A stretch of 63,597 bases of DNA, counting the filler, from Pelomyxa schiedti (lineage: Eukaryota > Protista > Evosea): NCBI GenBank assembly GCA_020536535.1. It is 14 parts of 14 records of this genome, joined end to end, with 100 filler letters (N's around TTAATTAATTAA, not from the genome) between each part and the next. Parts side by side here need not be neighbours in the genome. Positions count along the whole stretch, not along the records: positions 23,276 to 25,698 come from JAHLWZ010001996.1; positions 25,799 to 35,376 come from JAHLWZ010001293.1; positions 35,477 to 36,621 come from JAHLWZ010002772.1; positions 36,722 to 53,592 come from JAHLWZ010001138.1; 10 more parts are not named here. One strand, written 5' to 3'. This document shows, piece after piece, positions 23,867 through 36,790 of the stretch. Each line of letters begins with the position of its first letter. Position 1 is the first letter of the stretch. The notes beneath the pieces are model-generated. The model searched no databases, had not been told where the DNA came from, and saw nothing but the letters and a program-made list of their open reading frames with translations. A program made the translations under genes and the position numbers.

Positions 23867-24146
23867 TAATGAAACATGTTCAAGGTGATGATACAAACAG
23901 TGCTGCAAGCTCCACTCGCTCCACAGTACGACGCACCAGCAATTTGGATCCACAGACCCAATGGTGTATCAATCATAATTAGAACATCGATCTATGGACC
24001 TCCTTGTTGCTTGTCCTTAATTTTTGTTGCAACACAAAAATTAAGGAGGTGTTGTGATGTTTGGTTTCTTCAAGACAAGTGAGTGAAGGGTAATAATTCC
24101 TTCTTGGGTATTATTCCCTCATGGCTCGGCTGATTCATCACTGCTT

Positions 24147-25560
24147 TCAGTTCATCCAGTGAATCGAGGGGCTTGTTAAGCACAACAGCTGAGTGCCAGT
24201 TACAGCATCCACAAGGTCCAAGCACTCATCATCACCGGAACTGAACACAATGGAACTGAACACAATGAACCCGTTCTCAAAGTGGAAGTTGGGAGAGAGG
24301 GAAAACACGCAGAGGGTGATCAAAGTCATCAGTGGAGAAGACACTCAGAGTGTGGTTCCTGCGGTTGCAACACGCAAAGTGAGTGTTATCCACCTTGGCC
24401 AGATTATCTGGCAGGTGGTCTTCTGATGTGTGGAGAAGAACTGGATGATGAGGTGGCTGCTGTGTGATTCTGCGAACACACAGGCAAACTGTGCGCAAGG
24501 CGCACTCGCAAGACTCAAGACTGGAGACTCGGAGGCTGAGTCATCACTTACCAAGTTCGGAAATCAAGTTCACAGAAAGATCATCGAGATACCCAAGACC
24601 TTTCCCTTGACTTTGGAATCCTTTATAAACGCACACCAAGTCACCTCATTTCTATATACAAATATACAAAAACACAAATACAAAATCCCACACAAATAAC
24701 CTACACCCAAATGTATCCATCCATTCCAAGATGAATAAAATACTTTGTGCCTCTTTGTTCTCCTTTGGTGCAGTTTCCTTCCCACCCACTGAAGGAAACA
24801 CTGCTGCTGGAGTGACCTGAGGTTCCACGCACAGTCACCTGTTGTGTTGCATCCCCATGTCGCCGCAATGACCTTGTGCTTCTTCGAGTGGAACACCTCC
24901 TCCACTGTGAAGGAGAGTCCCAAAAATTCCTGAGTCACAGCCAGGTTGTGAGACTCAAACGACGTCTTAAGGTCCACGCACACCATGTCAGTCTTGCCTT
25001 CCACAGCTGGAGAGGGTGCCACCAGTGCAGCCTCGTCGTCGTTTATCATGGCACACACACGCACGTCACATAGCCTCTCAAACCAACCACACAGAAGTCC
25101 TCCTTTCCACCACCTCCACAACGGACCCTCTCCAGCCCACCACGCATTCACAGGATCACAATGCCACCCAGAAGAGGATGCCAGAGAACCGCCCACTTGG
25201 TGCCCCTGCACACCCGCGTCTCTGGGCAATAGCCCAGCTGCGAGCTCATCGGAATCTCCACCACGTTCCTCGCAACAGCCCCACCAGCCAGCAGATTCGC
25301 GATCGCAAGCGCGCTGCGGCTGCCGGAACTAGCCCAGCTGGTCTCGCAATCATTCACCCGGTGCCACCATGCCCAAACCACACTATCGCGTTGAAGTACG
25401 CCCTCGACTCGCAGTCGTAGCCTGACCCGCACCACGTTGTTTTCGTTTTTGTGGTCGTGGTGAGTTGCACAACGGCAAGCAGGGGGGCGTGCAACACTGG
25501 GCACAGGGAAACAGGTTCGAGGGTCTGTGGAGAGATGAGCGCCGGAAAAGGGGTTCATCT
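24147..25560 (-). pseudogene. Frameshifted member of the intronless lineage-specific family
   Basis: Family-like segments (AWWAG, MVCVDLKTSFESHNLAV, CNRRNHTLSVF) split over several frames. Confidence 0.45.
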
Positions 25561-27304
25561 GTGAAACTTTGTTATGATTAGATTGCTTATGGGCTGCCAC
25601 TTGGGTGGGAGAGTCTGATTCACTGTCACTTGCTTCTTGCCCACAAGACAAGTCAGAAGCATGCTTAGGGGCACTGGGGAAGCTATCTTGGTCTGACTNN
25701 NNNNNNNNNNNNNNNNNNNNNNNNNNNNNNNNNNNNNNNNNNTTAATTAATTAANNNNNNNNNNNNNNNNNNNNNNNNNNNNNNNNNNNNNNNNNNNNTG
25801 GGTAGTAGTAGCAACTTGGATAGATACCTCCGCAGGCAAGGGGAGTGGTGGCGGCGGAGGTGCCAATGGCGGATACCTCACTACAGTATCTAAAGAATGC
25901 GTGTACAAACCCGGTTCAAGACAGAAAATCTTTTTCCCATCCCACAGTGTGACACGAGGGGGGGATCAGCCCCTCCTCGTGTGTGATGAACCAGTAGTTA
26001 TATATCTTTTTTGCCCTAACCCTATAAATTGGTTATACGTGTGAATACGTGACTAAAAAAAGAGAAAAGGCCAAAAAGCAGCACGTCACATCGACATACA
26101 TGCACCCGTGAATGGCAAAGTGAGATTCAACGTCGGACTCAGTGGCACGACGTGGAACAATGAACACACCAGGCCTGGCGTTTGGCTCCATGGGCGAAGA
26201 GAAAGAAAGGTGTCGGTTCATCACCATTTGATGATGTCCCTTTAAAATAACGGCACAAAAGGCACCAGGTTCGGATACAATTGCCGTACAATTAGAGCCC
26301 CGCATCGGCGGCAGCTTTGGGTTTCGAACGAAAAGTAAAAAGAAAAACACCCGGTGCCGTGTCACGTAAGATCTGTAAGAACGAAACAAATTAGCCAATC
26401 ACAAGTCCCAACCGACACCACACAAGAAGAAGACCGAAGGCGCTCGCAGCGAGCGCGAGGAGGGAGGGGGCCAAAGGGGGGGGGCATGTTTATGTTTACG
26501 CACACGGTGGGATACAGGGCGGCCCACACGTCCTCAGGCTCGGCGTCGGGGGGCAGCCCGAACCCACACAGAGTAAACAGAGGCAGGACCACGGGGCGAG
26601 GCTCGCACTGGTCGCGTGCACGCGGGGCAGGCCTTGGGCGGGGAGCGCGGGGGCGGGGCTGGGGCTGAGGACGGGGAGCCGGGACCGCGGTGCCGCCGCG
26701 GCATCTGCTCGTCGTTGTTTTGTTCTCGCTGTCGATGCGCATTCTCGTGTGATTGCGTGGGGTGCTTGGTGCTTGTCGTCGTCGTGTAGTTTTTCTAAAT
26801 TAAACCCCTTTGTTATTTTGTTTTCAAGATTAGGTTCTGAAAGACCCCTGAGGAAACAAGGGCAGACCCCTGACCCCTTCCAGAGAAAACACACACTAAG
26901 TGGCGCAATTGACTTGGTGCAGTCTTTCCGAAATCTGGAGATCAGAATTTTCGGCTGTGACTTAACAAAAAAAAAACAAAAAAGAAAACCAGCACGTAGG
27001 TGCCGCACACCGGCCGCCATATACACGGTGTAATAGCCACACCACTACGAAAACACAGTCGACACAACACGTACTTCCTCCTCCCTGTCTGTTTTTTTTC
27101 CATCCTCAAAATAATCGCACGAAAAACTAAAAAAACCACTCGAAGTAATACATATCACGCATTAAGAGTGCAACTACATAGACCTCATTCAGTCTCAGTG
27201 CAACCCAGCAACCCAACTTCAAAATGGGATGATGCATATACATATGGGAGTTATTGGGTAGTGGTGGTGCAAGTAATGTGAATCCCACCCCACTTTGCAC
27301 AACA

Positions 27305-27660
27305 CCACCCCCGCTGATGTCTTTTTTGGGTGCAACCAAGAACCACCCCATTTTGGGTGCAACCAAGAACCACCCCCGCTGATGATGACTCTGACTCTAC
27401 TCTCTCAGACTGGCTGACACATGCATGTGACTACTAAGGTACATACACACTATTGTAAATAACCAACTAAATTCTTCTCGAAGGTGTGTGTTATAATATC
27501 TCTCAATGGCATGATGCATCAACCACCAACAAGGTATCTCTCAATTCCCTGTGTGTCTCTTAGTACTCTCTAGCTTTCTTCTGGCGCAATTACTCTGGGT
27601 TCTTTTTGGGTGCAACCAAGAACCACCCCATTTTGGGTGCAACCATGAACCACCCCCCAT
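27305..27660. repeat. Two pairs of a ~28-bp direct repeat TTTTGGGTGCAACCAAGAACCACCCC
   Basis: Copies at ~27324, ~27351, ~27604, ~27631. Confidence 0.85.
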
Positions 27661-27725
27661 TGTTTTTTGTTTTTTCGGTTCAGCAAAAACCATTCACAAC
27701 AACACTGCGAGCACCGACCCACGAC

Positions 27726-30700
27726 ATGCGTGACGAGCACGGCCGCGGTGGTGGCGCCAGTTACAGGGTACCCGTAGCTGCCCCCGACTCAGCACGAGGA
27801 GCCGCGGGGGGAAGGGCACGAGGCCGAGGACGAGGGCGGGCACGGGCCGTGGCAGCGGAGAGGCAGGCGCCGGATGTGCTGCAGCTCCCCGCAACGGCGA
27901 TGAGAATTGTGGGCGTTCGTGCGGCTGATACTGAGGACCCAATGGGCCTCCTCGAGTACTTTGACTGGTGAGTGTGTTTGTGTTTGTGTTTGTGTTTGTG
28001 TTTGTGTTTGTGTTTGTGTTTGTGTTTGTGTTTGTGTTTGTGTTTGTGTTTGTGGCTGTGGTTGTGGTTGTGTTGTGTTGTGTCGTTTTTCTTCTGAACC
28101 GCAGTGGATTAATCCAAAATAAAACCCACTAGTGCTACTGAACTATGGGCGGTGCAAGAGCGCTTCTACATTATCTGTGACACTCTGGAAAATGCTTCAA
28201 TCTTGGAGAAGAACAAAGACCTGTGGTGGGGTAACCACAACATTTCCGTGGTTAAGCCCCAGGCCGAATGGGTGGAGTATAAGGGACGTGCACCTGAAGT
28301 TTCACCAGTATTGTCTGCACCTTTCTGCAGAAGGATATTTGGTGTGCACAAGACTATCAAAAATACTCAGATTGCCAAGCAATACAGAGGAAACGGGATA
28401 CAACTTAATAGGTGTTTCTTTTTATATAACATACATCTACCTTTCACTTACCTTCTCCACAGTGACACTGATATTCACAAAGTTAATGGGCACCGGTACA
28501 TCTGTTTTGCCAGTGAGAATCAGGCAACCGCAGCATCGTCGATAACGTGGAATGACGGCGGCCCAGTATTTGCGGTTGTTCCAGAAGTGGAGTTTAAGTT
28601 GTGCGCGCCCAAGATATACTACAAGGAACAGGAAGCCAAGGCTCCTCACAAAAAAAAACCTCGTGTTGTGCAAAGTGAACATCTCATAGAGAAGGTAAGG
28701 ATTTGATTCAGTTCTCAAACACCGTCGTACTCAAAAACACCACTTCCTCATCACACACTCTCTAATACAATCCACAGAAATTGGACCACCAGGATGATCA
28801 GCAACTTGAGGACGCCCTTGCAAAGGCAAGAGTGGAAAAACAGCGGCTGTTGGACACGGCACACCTCACAGTGAACAGACTTAAGGAGGTACTGCTAGTG
28901 CCCGATCTCAAATTACAATCTCACACCCAAAAATCATTTCTCCCATATCCACAATTATTTGACAACAACAACCACCCACTGAATATTATAAAATATTCTC
29001 AATATCACTTCAATGTCAATCAATTCCATCATCATCATCATCATCATCTTCTATGTCATCCCCATAATCTATCAGTAATCTCTCCCGAAATTTGACCTTT
29101 ACAAAACACACAGTCGACCCCACCCTAATAATAATAGTAATAATTAATTAATTAACAACACCACATCAATCATTCCCAAATAAACTCTCACACTCAAATC
29201 TCACATATCTAGGAGTACAAGAATACCGCGGAGTCTGCAGTAAAGTGGGCGCAGGAGGCACGACGTTCCATTGTTGTTGAGGGAGGAGCAGGAGCAGGGG
29301 GAGCAACAGTAGCAGCACCACCAACACTCAGCCTGGCTGCAGCACATCGCGAAGCACAGGAGTTTCAAGCCAGAAAAGCAAAGATTACAAGTGATTTGAG
29401 GGAGAAGATTAACGCAGTCAATGCTTGCAGGGACAGACTCGCGGTATTGCCAATCAATCCATATCTATTCTCCCCCTAATCTCTCAATCCCTGTTGTTGT
29501 TGTCTGACAACATTACAGGAGGCACTTGGTGGATCTGATGCTGCTCCGAGTGGCAATAATGATGACAGCACTGCTGCTATCGCTGCTGAGGACCAGCAGC
29601 TGACTGACGCCCTCGCAAAGGCCACCATTGAGAGGCAACAGGCTGTTGATTCCGCACATCTCGCGGTGGCGAGACTGCAGGAGGTTTGTTTGTGATTTCC
29701 CTATTTGACACACCCACCACCTTTCTATTCCGCACTGACACTACGCAGAACATAAACTTAATAGAAGCCGAGGGCAATGACTGGCTACAGCGGCAGCTGA
29801 GAGCTCTGGAAAAAAAGCCGTTCACCAGCTTGAAAGTCCTTTCACTAGCAAAGCAATGTTTAGACTCGGCAGAGTCTATCGCAAGACGCCAAGATGAGAG
29901 TTTGACAAAGAGGCGAAAGGCTCTTCAGGTTGGTGTGGTTCTCTGTTACCCTGCATTTATGAAGATAATCTAAATGTACATGAGACTGTTTGAGCTGTTT
30001 TTGGACTTAACACTTGCACACAGGAGCTTCGAGGCGTGAACAACACTTACAGTACCACCCAAGATAATCCTCCTTCTGGCAAAGACCTTCACCCTCATCA
30101 AGCAAAGGAAAGCGCTTTTGTAGGAGCAACCGAAGATGGTTCAACAGTGCGGGCAATTAAACCCACTCTGTTGAAATTGAGGGAACGCATAAGTGCCCGG
30201 GAAGCAGAGCTCCTTCAACAGAAACAGGTTATTCTTTTTTGGAGTCAAATAAACTTATAACCAATCCCACTTAGGTTATACAAAGCAGTGTAGACAAGTT
30301 CCAGAGACATATGTGTGATATGAATTCTGTTGTGCGAGCCACCGGCACTGCACTCAGTGGCCTATCTTTAGACATTGAGTCGTTTTCCGCTGCTGTTTCA
30401 TTCCAGACTGCTGTGAACACGATTAACTCCGAACTTAAGAGAAAGCAACACGATATGGATATGCTTATCTCGATGTATGGCCAGTTGGGGGTTACCGTGC
30501 CAAAAGCGCACTCTACAGCCTACAATGCTCTTTGCGACCGCTGGCAACAGCTCTGCCGGAACACAGCAGAGTTGGTGGCCTATGCTAATCTAAAAGTTAC
30601 ATCCTGCACACCGGTAAGCAACTCACAGTATCATTCCCGTCTCCTCCTCACTCTTTTACAGCCGGAAGCGGGAACCAGTTCTGGCTCATCTAGTCTTTTA

Positions 30701-31525
30701 CCAACAGCACCCACCGCCGTCCATCATCAGCATCAACAAACCACACCGGGCACAACAACTGCCCATTCCGCACCACAACCACAACCGCAACCGCAACCGC
30801 AACCACAGTCACCAACCCCGCAACTCCACCCCTCTCCTACAACAACCTCAACCTCTACCGCAACAAGCATGATCACCGGGGCATCACCGGTAACTGGACG
30901 GCTGTTGGTGGCAGTGCATTGCGGTGCCTGGGTCCACAAGTGGCCGTGGCCCGGTGCCGGCTCTGCGGGGGGGGGGGGGAGGGCCGGGCAGGGGCACGTT
31001 GGTTGTTGGGGATGGGTGGAGCAGGGCAGGGCAGGGCGAGGGCGAGGGGGAATGTGGGGCTGGGCCGGTAAGTCTGCCCAGTGCGATGGATGTGGTCGAC
31101 TACTACAACAGTGCACAGTGCTGCCTGCCGGCGGAAACAGTAATATTGCTGCACCCCTCGTACCATATCGTCGCTGCTACAAACCCGCGGTAGTCCTCTC
31201 TGTCTTACACTGTGGCCTAACTGCTGCCGTTCTAGGGAAGATTCCAGTAGACGGGATTTCTGTTGGAGCCCCAACAACCTCCCTCGATCCAAGGGCTATC
31301 ATTGTAACAACAACATCATCAGCTAGCACTAACCCAACAGCTTCTGGCTTGCTGTTTTTGGGCACAACCACCACACAACACCCCAATACATTCATTACTT
31401 CGCAGAGGGGGGACTGCAAGGCCGGTGCAATTTGGGACCCATCAGAGAGCATCCATGCAAAAGAAAAGGGCAAGCAAGCTTGGGGCGATTTTCTTCATCA
31501 ATTTCCGCATTTCCTCAATCAATAG
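27726..31525 (+). CDS. Hypothetical multi-exon coiled-coil protein with low-complexity C-terminus (gene model uncertain)
   Basis: Successive + strand exons with GT-AG boundaries; internal repeat DQQLxDALAKAxxExQRLLDxAHLxVxRLxE at ~28795 and ~29590. Confidence 0.45.
27973..28054. repeat. (TGTGTT)n intronic microsatellite
   Basis: About 13 perfect hexamer units after a GTGAGT donor. Confidence 0.95.
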
Positions 31526-31768
31526 CGATAGTACTGCTGCAGTGGTGTACATACTACTATGGTGTCAAAATAAGACTAAAGCGGGTGTGGTTTCCCTCCC
31601 TCCGTCCAACAACTCACATTTGACACAGTACCAGTACCAACATAACAACCACGTCTACAATCACATCAGCATCTTCAACCACTGCACAACAACAGAAATG
31701 GAGTACACAACACAAACAAACAATAGAAATTCTTCTTTATGCCATGTTCATTTCTTTTTTTTTTCCAG

Positions 31769-32960
31769 TCAGTCAAACAGTAGTGTTGGAGATGGTGATG
31801 GTGGAGGAATTGTGTTGTTGAGCCTGATGGCCATTTCCACAACGGGAGCCAGTGACTGCGAACAGCTGGCCTTGCTCAGGAACTCATGTGTGAGCATTTT
31901 GGCTGAGGATGGCCTGGTCCCAGCGGGCTTGAGGCACTCACTGATGAATGACGCGAGTTGAGGTGACACCTGCTCTGGGTTCTTGAGTGGTGGAATGCCC
32001 TTCATTGGGATGAGAAACAGTGCCCTCATTGGGTGGCCCTCCTGATATGGCACCTCACCTTCCACCATTTCCATGCACAGAATCCCGGTGCTCCACACGT
32101 CAGTGGTTGCAGTGTATAATTCGTCCCTTAGGTGGATATTTAGCCAGTGGGCAGCTGGTGGAAAATGAAAGATTACAGGGAATAACCCTGATCAATTCCG
32201 GGCTCGTGTAGTATCTTCACAGAAATTAGATAATGTGAGTGTGTGGTTTTCACTCACGGAATTCCGAAGAGTCCATTCTCTGTGGAGTAACCAGAAGGTT
32301 GAATAAGGCTTGTATATTCTTCAGTAAAGTACTGTTGGTGTGAAACAACACTTGAGAGTGAAGTTTACCAAAATCGACAAGCTTGACGGCACCATCCAGG
32401 GACAGCAGAACATTACTGCTCGTGATAGCTCTTGTTTCACACGTTATGAAATATAAAAGTTGAAAACTGTAAACGGAAATACCTGTGAATGTAATTCAAA
32501 CCGTGAATATGCGTAAGGGCCTTCATGACACAAAGGAGTATCTTGTGAAGAGGAGTGTGTTGCTGTTGTGAAATGGCCTGCATACATACGAAATTTGGTG
32601 TTCTGTTAGCTTCAATTCGGGAAAATGAGAAACCACATCGGTGAGGCATCCTCCCGACATGAACTTGGAAAAGATAATTATCAATTATTCGGACTGATTA
32701 GAAACAATAACCTCGGTGACAATCCACAAACAGTCTTCTGCCAGGTAGCTCTCAATGAACTCCACAATATTTGGGTGCCTGTGTGCAATCATTGCCGCCA
32801 TTTTTGACTGAACATCTTCTGCTCTGGGGCATATTTCCCAGATAGCCACAACTCGCCTTGACTCTTTGTGAATACACTGAAACACTGGAAGTTCGTTAGG
32901 AACCATCTCCACTTCATCATACACCTGCGCATGCCATTGGCTGTTGGAATGAGACAACTC
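31769..32960 (-). CDS. STE20/PAK-like pseudokinase (5' extent uncertain)
   Basis: HPNIVEFIESYL, VKLVDFG, DVWSTGILCMEMVEGEVPY, PMRALFLI are PAK-like; VAIK reads VAIW and HRD reads HRA. Confidence 0.8.
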
Positions 32961-33329
32961 ACAAAAATGGAATTACAATGTGGGGGCACCCAATTGTTGA
33001 TGACATCAAATTCGGCGTTACGAAGGCAGCGCGACGCCGACATTCAATGATCGACTGCTGGATATGTGAGATCACGCACTCGCCAGTGTCGTCCTGTAGA
33101 GCTGCTCGGTGGATGCCACTGAGCCCATGCCTGCAACGACACGACAGCGAAACAGCCCTCCAGCCAGCCATGAGTTTTTCGACCTTTACCGTAAGGTTAT
33201 CACCTGAGGCCGTGACACTCAAGAAAAAATAACGACCTTACAGCTTGGTCTCTGATTCTTTCTCGTAAGCAACTATGGTGAAATCAGGATTGAAGTGAGT
33301 TGGATCAAAGTCCCATACTGTCAGTCTGT

Positions 33330-34538
33330 GGGACGGCCAATGCTTTTCGGAGTTTACTCTTCTGAATTAACTTAGTTTCGGGAGTTTGACTCCGCAATAA
33401 GTTGGGGTAAAAAAACAGAGTTTGAATTCGAACTAGTGCTTTTGGGTGGTTGTGCTTCTGGGTGGTTTCTGTGCCAGGAACGTGTGTGATGCTGTTTCGG
33501 GGTGGTGTTTTGTGAATTGGGAGTGTCTTTGTGTGGGTTGAGTGGGTTCAGTGTGAATTAAGCACCTTGTGGAACCTCTTTTTGATTTTTTAGGAGCAGG
33601 ACCTGCTGGGATTTCCTCAATCTGCAAGGGCTCAGGCACTGTCACAGTGCTCACTGACAGAATTACTGTACTGTTTAAGGAAGAGGCCTGAACTGTGGCA
33701 AGTTGTAAGGGCAGCTGGACCTGGGAGGCATGTGGGACTTGAAGTGGCTGTGTGACAGCTGATGTCATTTGGGGATGAGGCTCAATAAAGGGAGTTTCAG
33801 GTGTCAAGTGATCCTGATGTTGTGAAGCTGCTTTTTGGGCTGTGTTACAAGGAGAGGATGATGGTGGTACAATTGGAGGTTCATCTGGAAGCCTCATCAA
33901 ACAAGTGAGAATTATCCAGCTGTAGTCAGGAAGCCTATTGGAAATGGGATTTGTTCGAAAAGGTAACTGTGGCTCAACTACTATAAGTGGTTCCACTTGC
34001 TCTTGAGTGCCTCTTGCTGAACTTCCAGTGGGAGGTCCATTTGGCATCCTCTTCAGGGGTCACCCGAAACTCACAAGTTTTTGAAGTGTGTCATGCAACT
34101 CCTTAGGTAACCAGACAGGACACTGGTTTGGGTGGTCTTTCTTGTTTGGGGAGGAAGTGCTTTGGCTCATTGTGTGCCCACGGTAAAAAAAAAACCTCAC
34201 CACAATCTTAGAAAACCACACCACAACTTGCACCCACCACCTTCGAGAGCAATAGGTTGCAGTTACTCCCGATCGTGCTCTCCCAAGCTTTTTCCGCTGT
34301 TTTATGCAAAAAACAACTTGCGTCGGGAGTAAACTCCCGATCGTTTTTGGAGTTTACTCCGAAAAAACCTGTTTTTTGCCGATTTCTTGGCTCTAAGCCA
34401 CGCTTCTGACATCGCCTGCTCACCATGTCTTCCCAACGCTATTTGTATATTTATGACCTTGTTTTGGTTGAGAGACAGCCCTGCGTTGCAAAGAAAGCAA
34501 TTTTTTTATATTTTCGAGTAAACTCCATTGGCCGTCCC
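33330..34538. mobile_element. Non-autonomous TIR DNA element (~1.2 kb)
   Basis: Perfect inverted repeats TGGGACGGCCAATG (33329-33342) and CATTGGCCGTCCCA (34526-34539); six GGAGT(AA/TT)ACTCC-like subterminal palindromes. Confidence 0.75.
33433..34170 (-). CDS. Cargo ORF inside the TIR element, P/Q/S-rich, function unknown
   Basis: 204-aa ORF 33433-34047 plus a possible upstream exon MSQSTSSPNKKDHPNQCPVWLPKELHDTLQKL. Confidence 0.4.
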
Positions 34539-35052
34539 AGACAGTAACTTCTGTGCCTACTCTCGTGACTGTCAGTGTGTCGCACCCTGGCTCACTGTGA
34601 GTCGGAAGGTGACCGCGGCCCCTTTTTCTACTGCTGCCCCCCCGTTCAGCAGTGATCATTGCTAGCGGAGGGAACAGGCACAGACCCGGCCGCGGGCGAC
34701 GTGGAATCACGACCACCACCATCATGGCTGGGGAGTCGGAAGCCGCCGTGGACCCTGTTCGCTGCTGTTGATCAGCTCAATCGCCAATCGCCGAAAGAGA
34801 CCGAGAACTGTCAGCAGCACAAACACTACTCTGTTGTGGTTGCTGCGCCAGTGAGTACGATGACTGAGAATCAGAAGTGTACACACGAGGTCACCACAAG
34901 AGGTGGATGCACCAATTGCAAAGAGACTGAGCACAACAACAGTGTGACTACTACAACTACAACGGCGCCGCGACGTGAGGTTGTGCCTTCCAGTATGATA
35001 TGGTGCATCCCAACTGATGATCTTCAACTCCACCCAAAAACCTTGGTTTTTG

Positions 35053-35376
35053 GGTGGATACCCTGCCCACCTTGTGGTATGTGGAAGAAGAAGATATTGC
35101 AACGAGATGAGGGGTCACAGACACTGAAGAGACCCCAAGCAGCACAAGAAGCAGCAACACCCACAGAGCCCTTGCCAACCGCGGGACATGCATGGGAAAC
35201 AAGGGAATGTGTGAGTGCCACGCCCCTTGCACTGGATGGAGGCTACCAACACAGCGGTGGATACCCTGCCCACCTTGTGGTATGTGGAAGAAGAAGATAT
35301 TGCAACGAGATGAGGGGTCACAGACACTGAAGAGACCCCAAGCAGCACAAGAAGCAGCAACACCCACAGAGCCCTT
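35053..35376. repeat. 203-bp tandem repeat running into the scaffold end
   Basis: GGTGGATACCCTGCCCACC...CAGAGCCCTT recurs at 35053 and 35256. Confidence 0.9.
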
Positions 35377-36088
35377 NNNNNNNNNNNNNNNNNNNNNNNN
35401 NNNNNNNNNNNNNNNNNNNNTTAATTAATTAANNNNNNNNNNNNNNNNNNNNNNNNNNNNNNNNNNNNNNNNNNNNCACAGAACACATCTTTTTCTTTTT
35501 TTTTTCTTTCGCTCCATTTTTCTGCAGGCACTAGTGTGTGTGAGAGTGAGTGACTGCCTGTGCCTTGCAACATGATTATGAAACCCACCCAAAAATGGCT
35601 CACTTTGTTCCCACATTTTTGGGTGGTTACCTTTTTCTTCCACTTCTTTGGTTTTTGTTCCTATGTTTGTTCGTGTTCTTAATAGAACCACAGCACACCT
35701 CAACAGAGTCACCACCAACACAAAATCCATCATCCCTACTGCTAAAAAATAGGCTGGTGTGCTAGTAGCACACTCGCGCACGGTTCGTAACCCACCTAAC
35801 ACGGTTTGTTTTTTTTTTTTGGTGTGTGTTTGCATCTTTAATTTTATGTAAAATATTTTATTCTTATTGCTTGGAGAAAGCCGGAGAAACGCGTAGCGAG
35901 GATTTTGACCACGTTAGAGTTTGTGGCTTTGGCTGAAATCCACTCTGTGGATAGTAAGCCACTCTTACCCTTTTCTTCCCAAAGAATGCATAAGGCATAT
36001 AGTAAAACAAAGTACACAACTCCGGCCGGGACTAGGAAAAGGGCTCTGTATAATTTGTTAGGAGGATGGATGATTCAAAGCGGTGCTG

Positions 36089-36621
36089 CTAAATTAAAAA
36101 GTACCCGAAATACTGATTGCCGGACCAAATGGGCTTTCCAACTCCTACCATGTATTCGTCTTGATTACCGGCAATTACACATCCTGCTATTCGGATTGGT
36201 ATCACAATAAGGGCAACGTGGTAGACGTACTGTTCGATTATATAAGCAGAAACAAAAATGAGAAGGAAGACCAAAACCAGAGACATAGTGAATTTAGAAG
36301 TTCTTCTACTGAGGTTCATAAAATGCCACTTCAGAGCACTTTCTGTTACTCCACTGGTATCCTCCATATCCTCGCTCGTAATTGGGTCAAATATACTTGC
36401 AAGTGCGGCGGTCACTGTGATATAGGCGCCTGCCAATGTCATTGACCATGCAGCAGTGAATGGAGTGACACTATAGCCAAACAGAAGGAGGGCAATGTCA
36501 GGAACTTCACGCCCCTCTGTTACAACTTGTACCATTCCCGCATTTCCACCAGCAACACATTCAACGCCAATGCACAGAACAACAACACCAAATAAGGCCA
36601 CAGCAGCGCGACGACTCTCAG
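36089..36621 (-). CDS. Multi-pass membrane protein, 5'-partial
   Basis: 170-aa open frame with at least four hydrophobic segments. Confidence 0.6.
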
Positions 36622-36790
36622 NNNNNNNNNNNNNNNNNNNNNNNNNNNNNNNNNNNNNNNNNNNNTTAATTAATTAANNNNNNNNNNNNNNNNNNNNNNN
36701 NNNNNNNNNNNNNNNNNNNNNCCCCCCCCCCCCCCCCCCCCCCCCCGCGCGCGGGCCGTTGTGAACTAGCAATGTTGACTGCTCTCGTAG

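Noticed and set aside
25799-26742. RRM-like proteins on the minus strand
   Set aside because: Only a faint RNP2-like resemblance; no coherent gene model
27305-27660. CRISPR array
   Set aside because: Repeats are directly adjacent without unique spacers, no cas genes, eukaryotic context
33316-34546. TIR element spliced out as an introner (minus-strand GTCTGGG...CCCACAG)
   Set aside because: Using these GT/AG sites leads to a stop within six codons; only precise excision restores the frame
36722-36746. Poly-C tract as a G-quadruplex or regulatory element
   Set aside because: At a contig edge where homopolymer artefacts are common
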